Assembly (NCBI RefSeq): GCF_009834535.1
Contig: NC_045699.1
Coordinates: forward strand, 64,666,001 to 64,730,000
DNA: 64,000 bases
Origin: Camelus ferus
Lineage: Eukaryota
Direction: 5' to 3'
In this document: piece after piece, positions 63,669 through 64,000 of the stretch
Layout of the letters: the number at the start of each line of letters is the position of its first letter
Position numbering within the stretch: position 1 is the stretch's first letter
Translations under genes and position numbers: made by a program
The notes under the pieces: generated by a model
Databases searched by the model: none
Seen by the model: the letters and a program-made list of their open reading frames with translations, nothing else
What the model was told of the DNA's origin: nothing

Positions 63669-63968
63669 AGGAAGTGGGGGGAATGGGTGGATGTTGGACA
63701 ATGGGTACAAAGTTGTAGCTATGTAGGATAAATCAATCTAGTGATCTAATGTAAAGCGTCTAACTACAGTTACTAATACTGTACTGGGTAGTGGAACTCT
63801 GCTAAGACAGTAGATTTCAGGTCCTCTCACCACACACACAAAAAAAGGTAACTATGCCACAGATGGATATGTTCATCAGCTCAACTATAGTAATCATTTC
63901 ATTAGGTATATGTTTATCAAAACATCATGTTGTGCACCTTAAATACATACAATTTTTATTTTTAAAAA
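63669..63968 (+). mobile_element. L1MA/artiodactyl L1 3' end
   Basis: gggtacaaagttgtagctatgtaggat...gctaagacagtagatttcagg...aaaacatcatgttgtgcaccttaaatacatacaattttt. Confidence 0.8.
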
Positions 63969-64000
63969 AGTCACTAAACAACATTTGTAGTATGAGAGAG

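Overview
AT-rich mammalian genomic DNA, very probably camelid (a Vic-1-type tRNA-derived SINE and camelid-type L1 tails are present). The window lies inside one minus-strand gene, STRBP (spermatid perinuclear RNA-binding protein, ILF3/NF90 paralogue; DZF domain plus dsRBDs). Coding exons equivalent to human exons 4-13 (numbering and lengths from my memory of human STRBP) lie between 27391 and 3213. A candidate ATG-bearing exon lies at about 29327-29480, and everything beyond it looks like 5'-UTR intron filled with L1, L2, MIR, MaLR/ERV LTR and DNA-transposon relics. There are no prokaryotic features, tRNA/rRNA genes or CRISPR arrays. Best leads: (1) all five N-runs fall on STRBP exons or the candidate ATG exon, suggesting a young unassembled STRBP retrocopy or deliberate masking; (2) a TSD-flanked L1 3' transduction; (3) an ERV LTR that stops at its poly(A) site and carries a poly(A) tail; (4) two captured or templated insertions; (5) a symmetric, weak-donor exon encoding the putative NLS. 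Repeat family names come from recognising consensus-like sequence by eye, and repeat boundaries are approximate. I found no convincing wholly new biological system.
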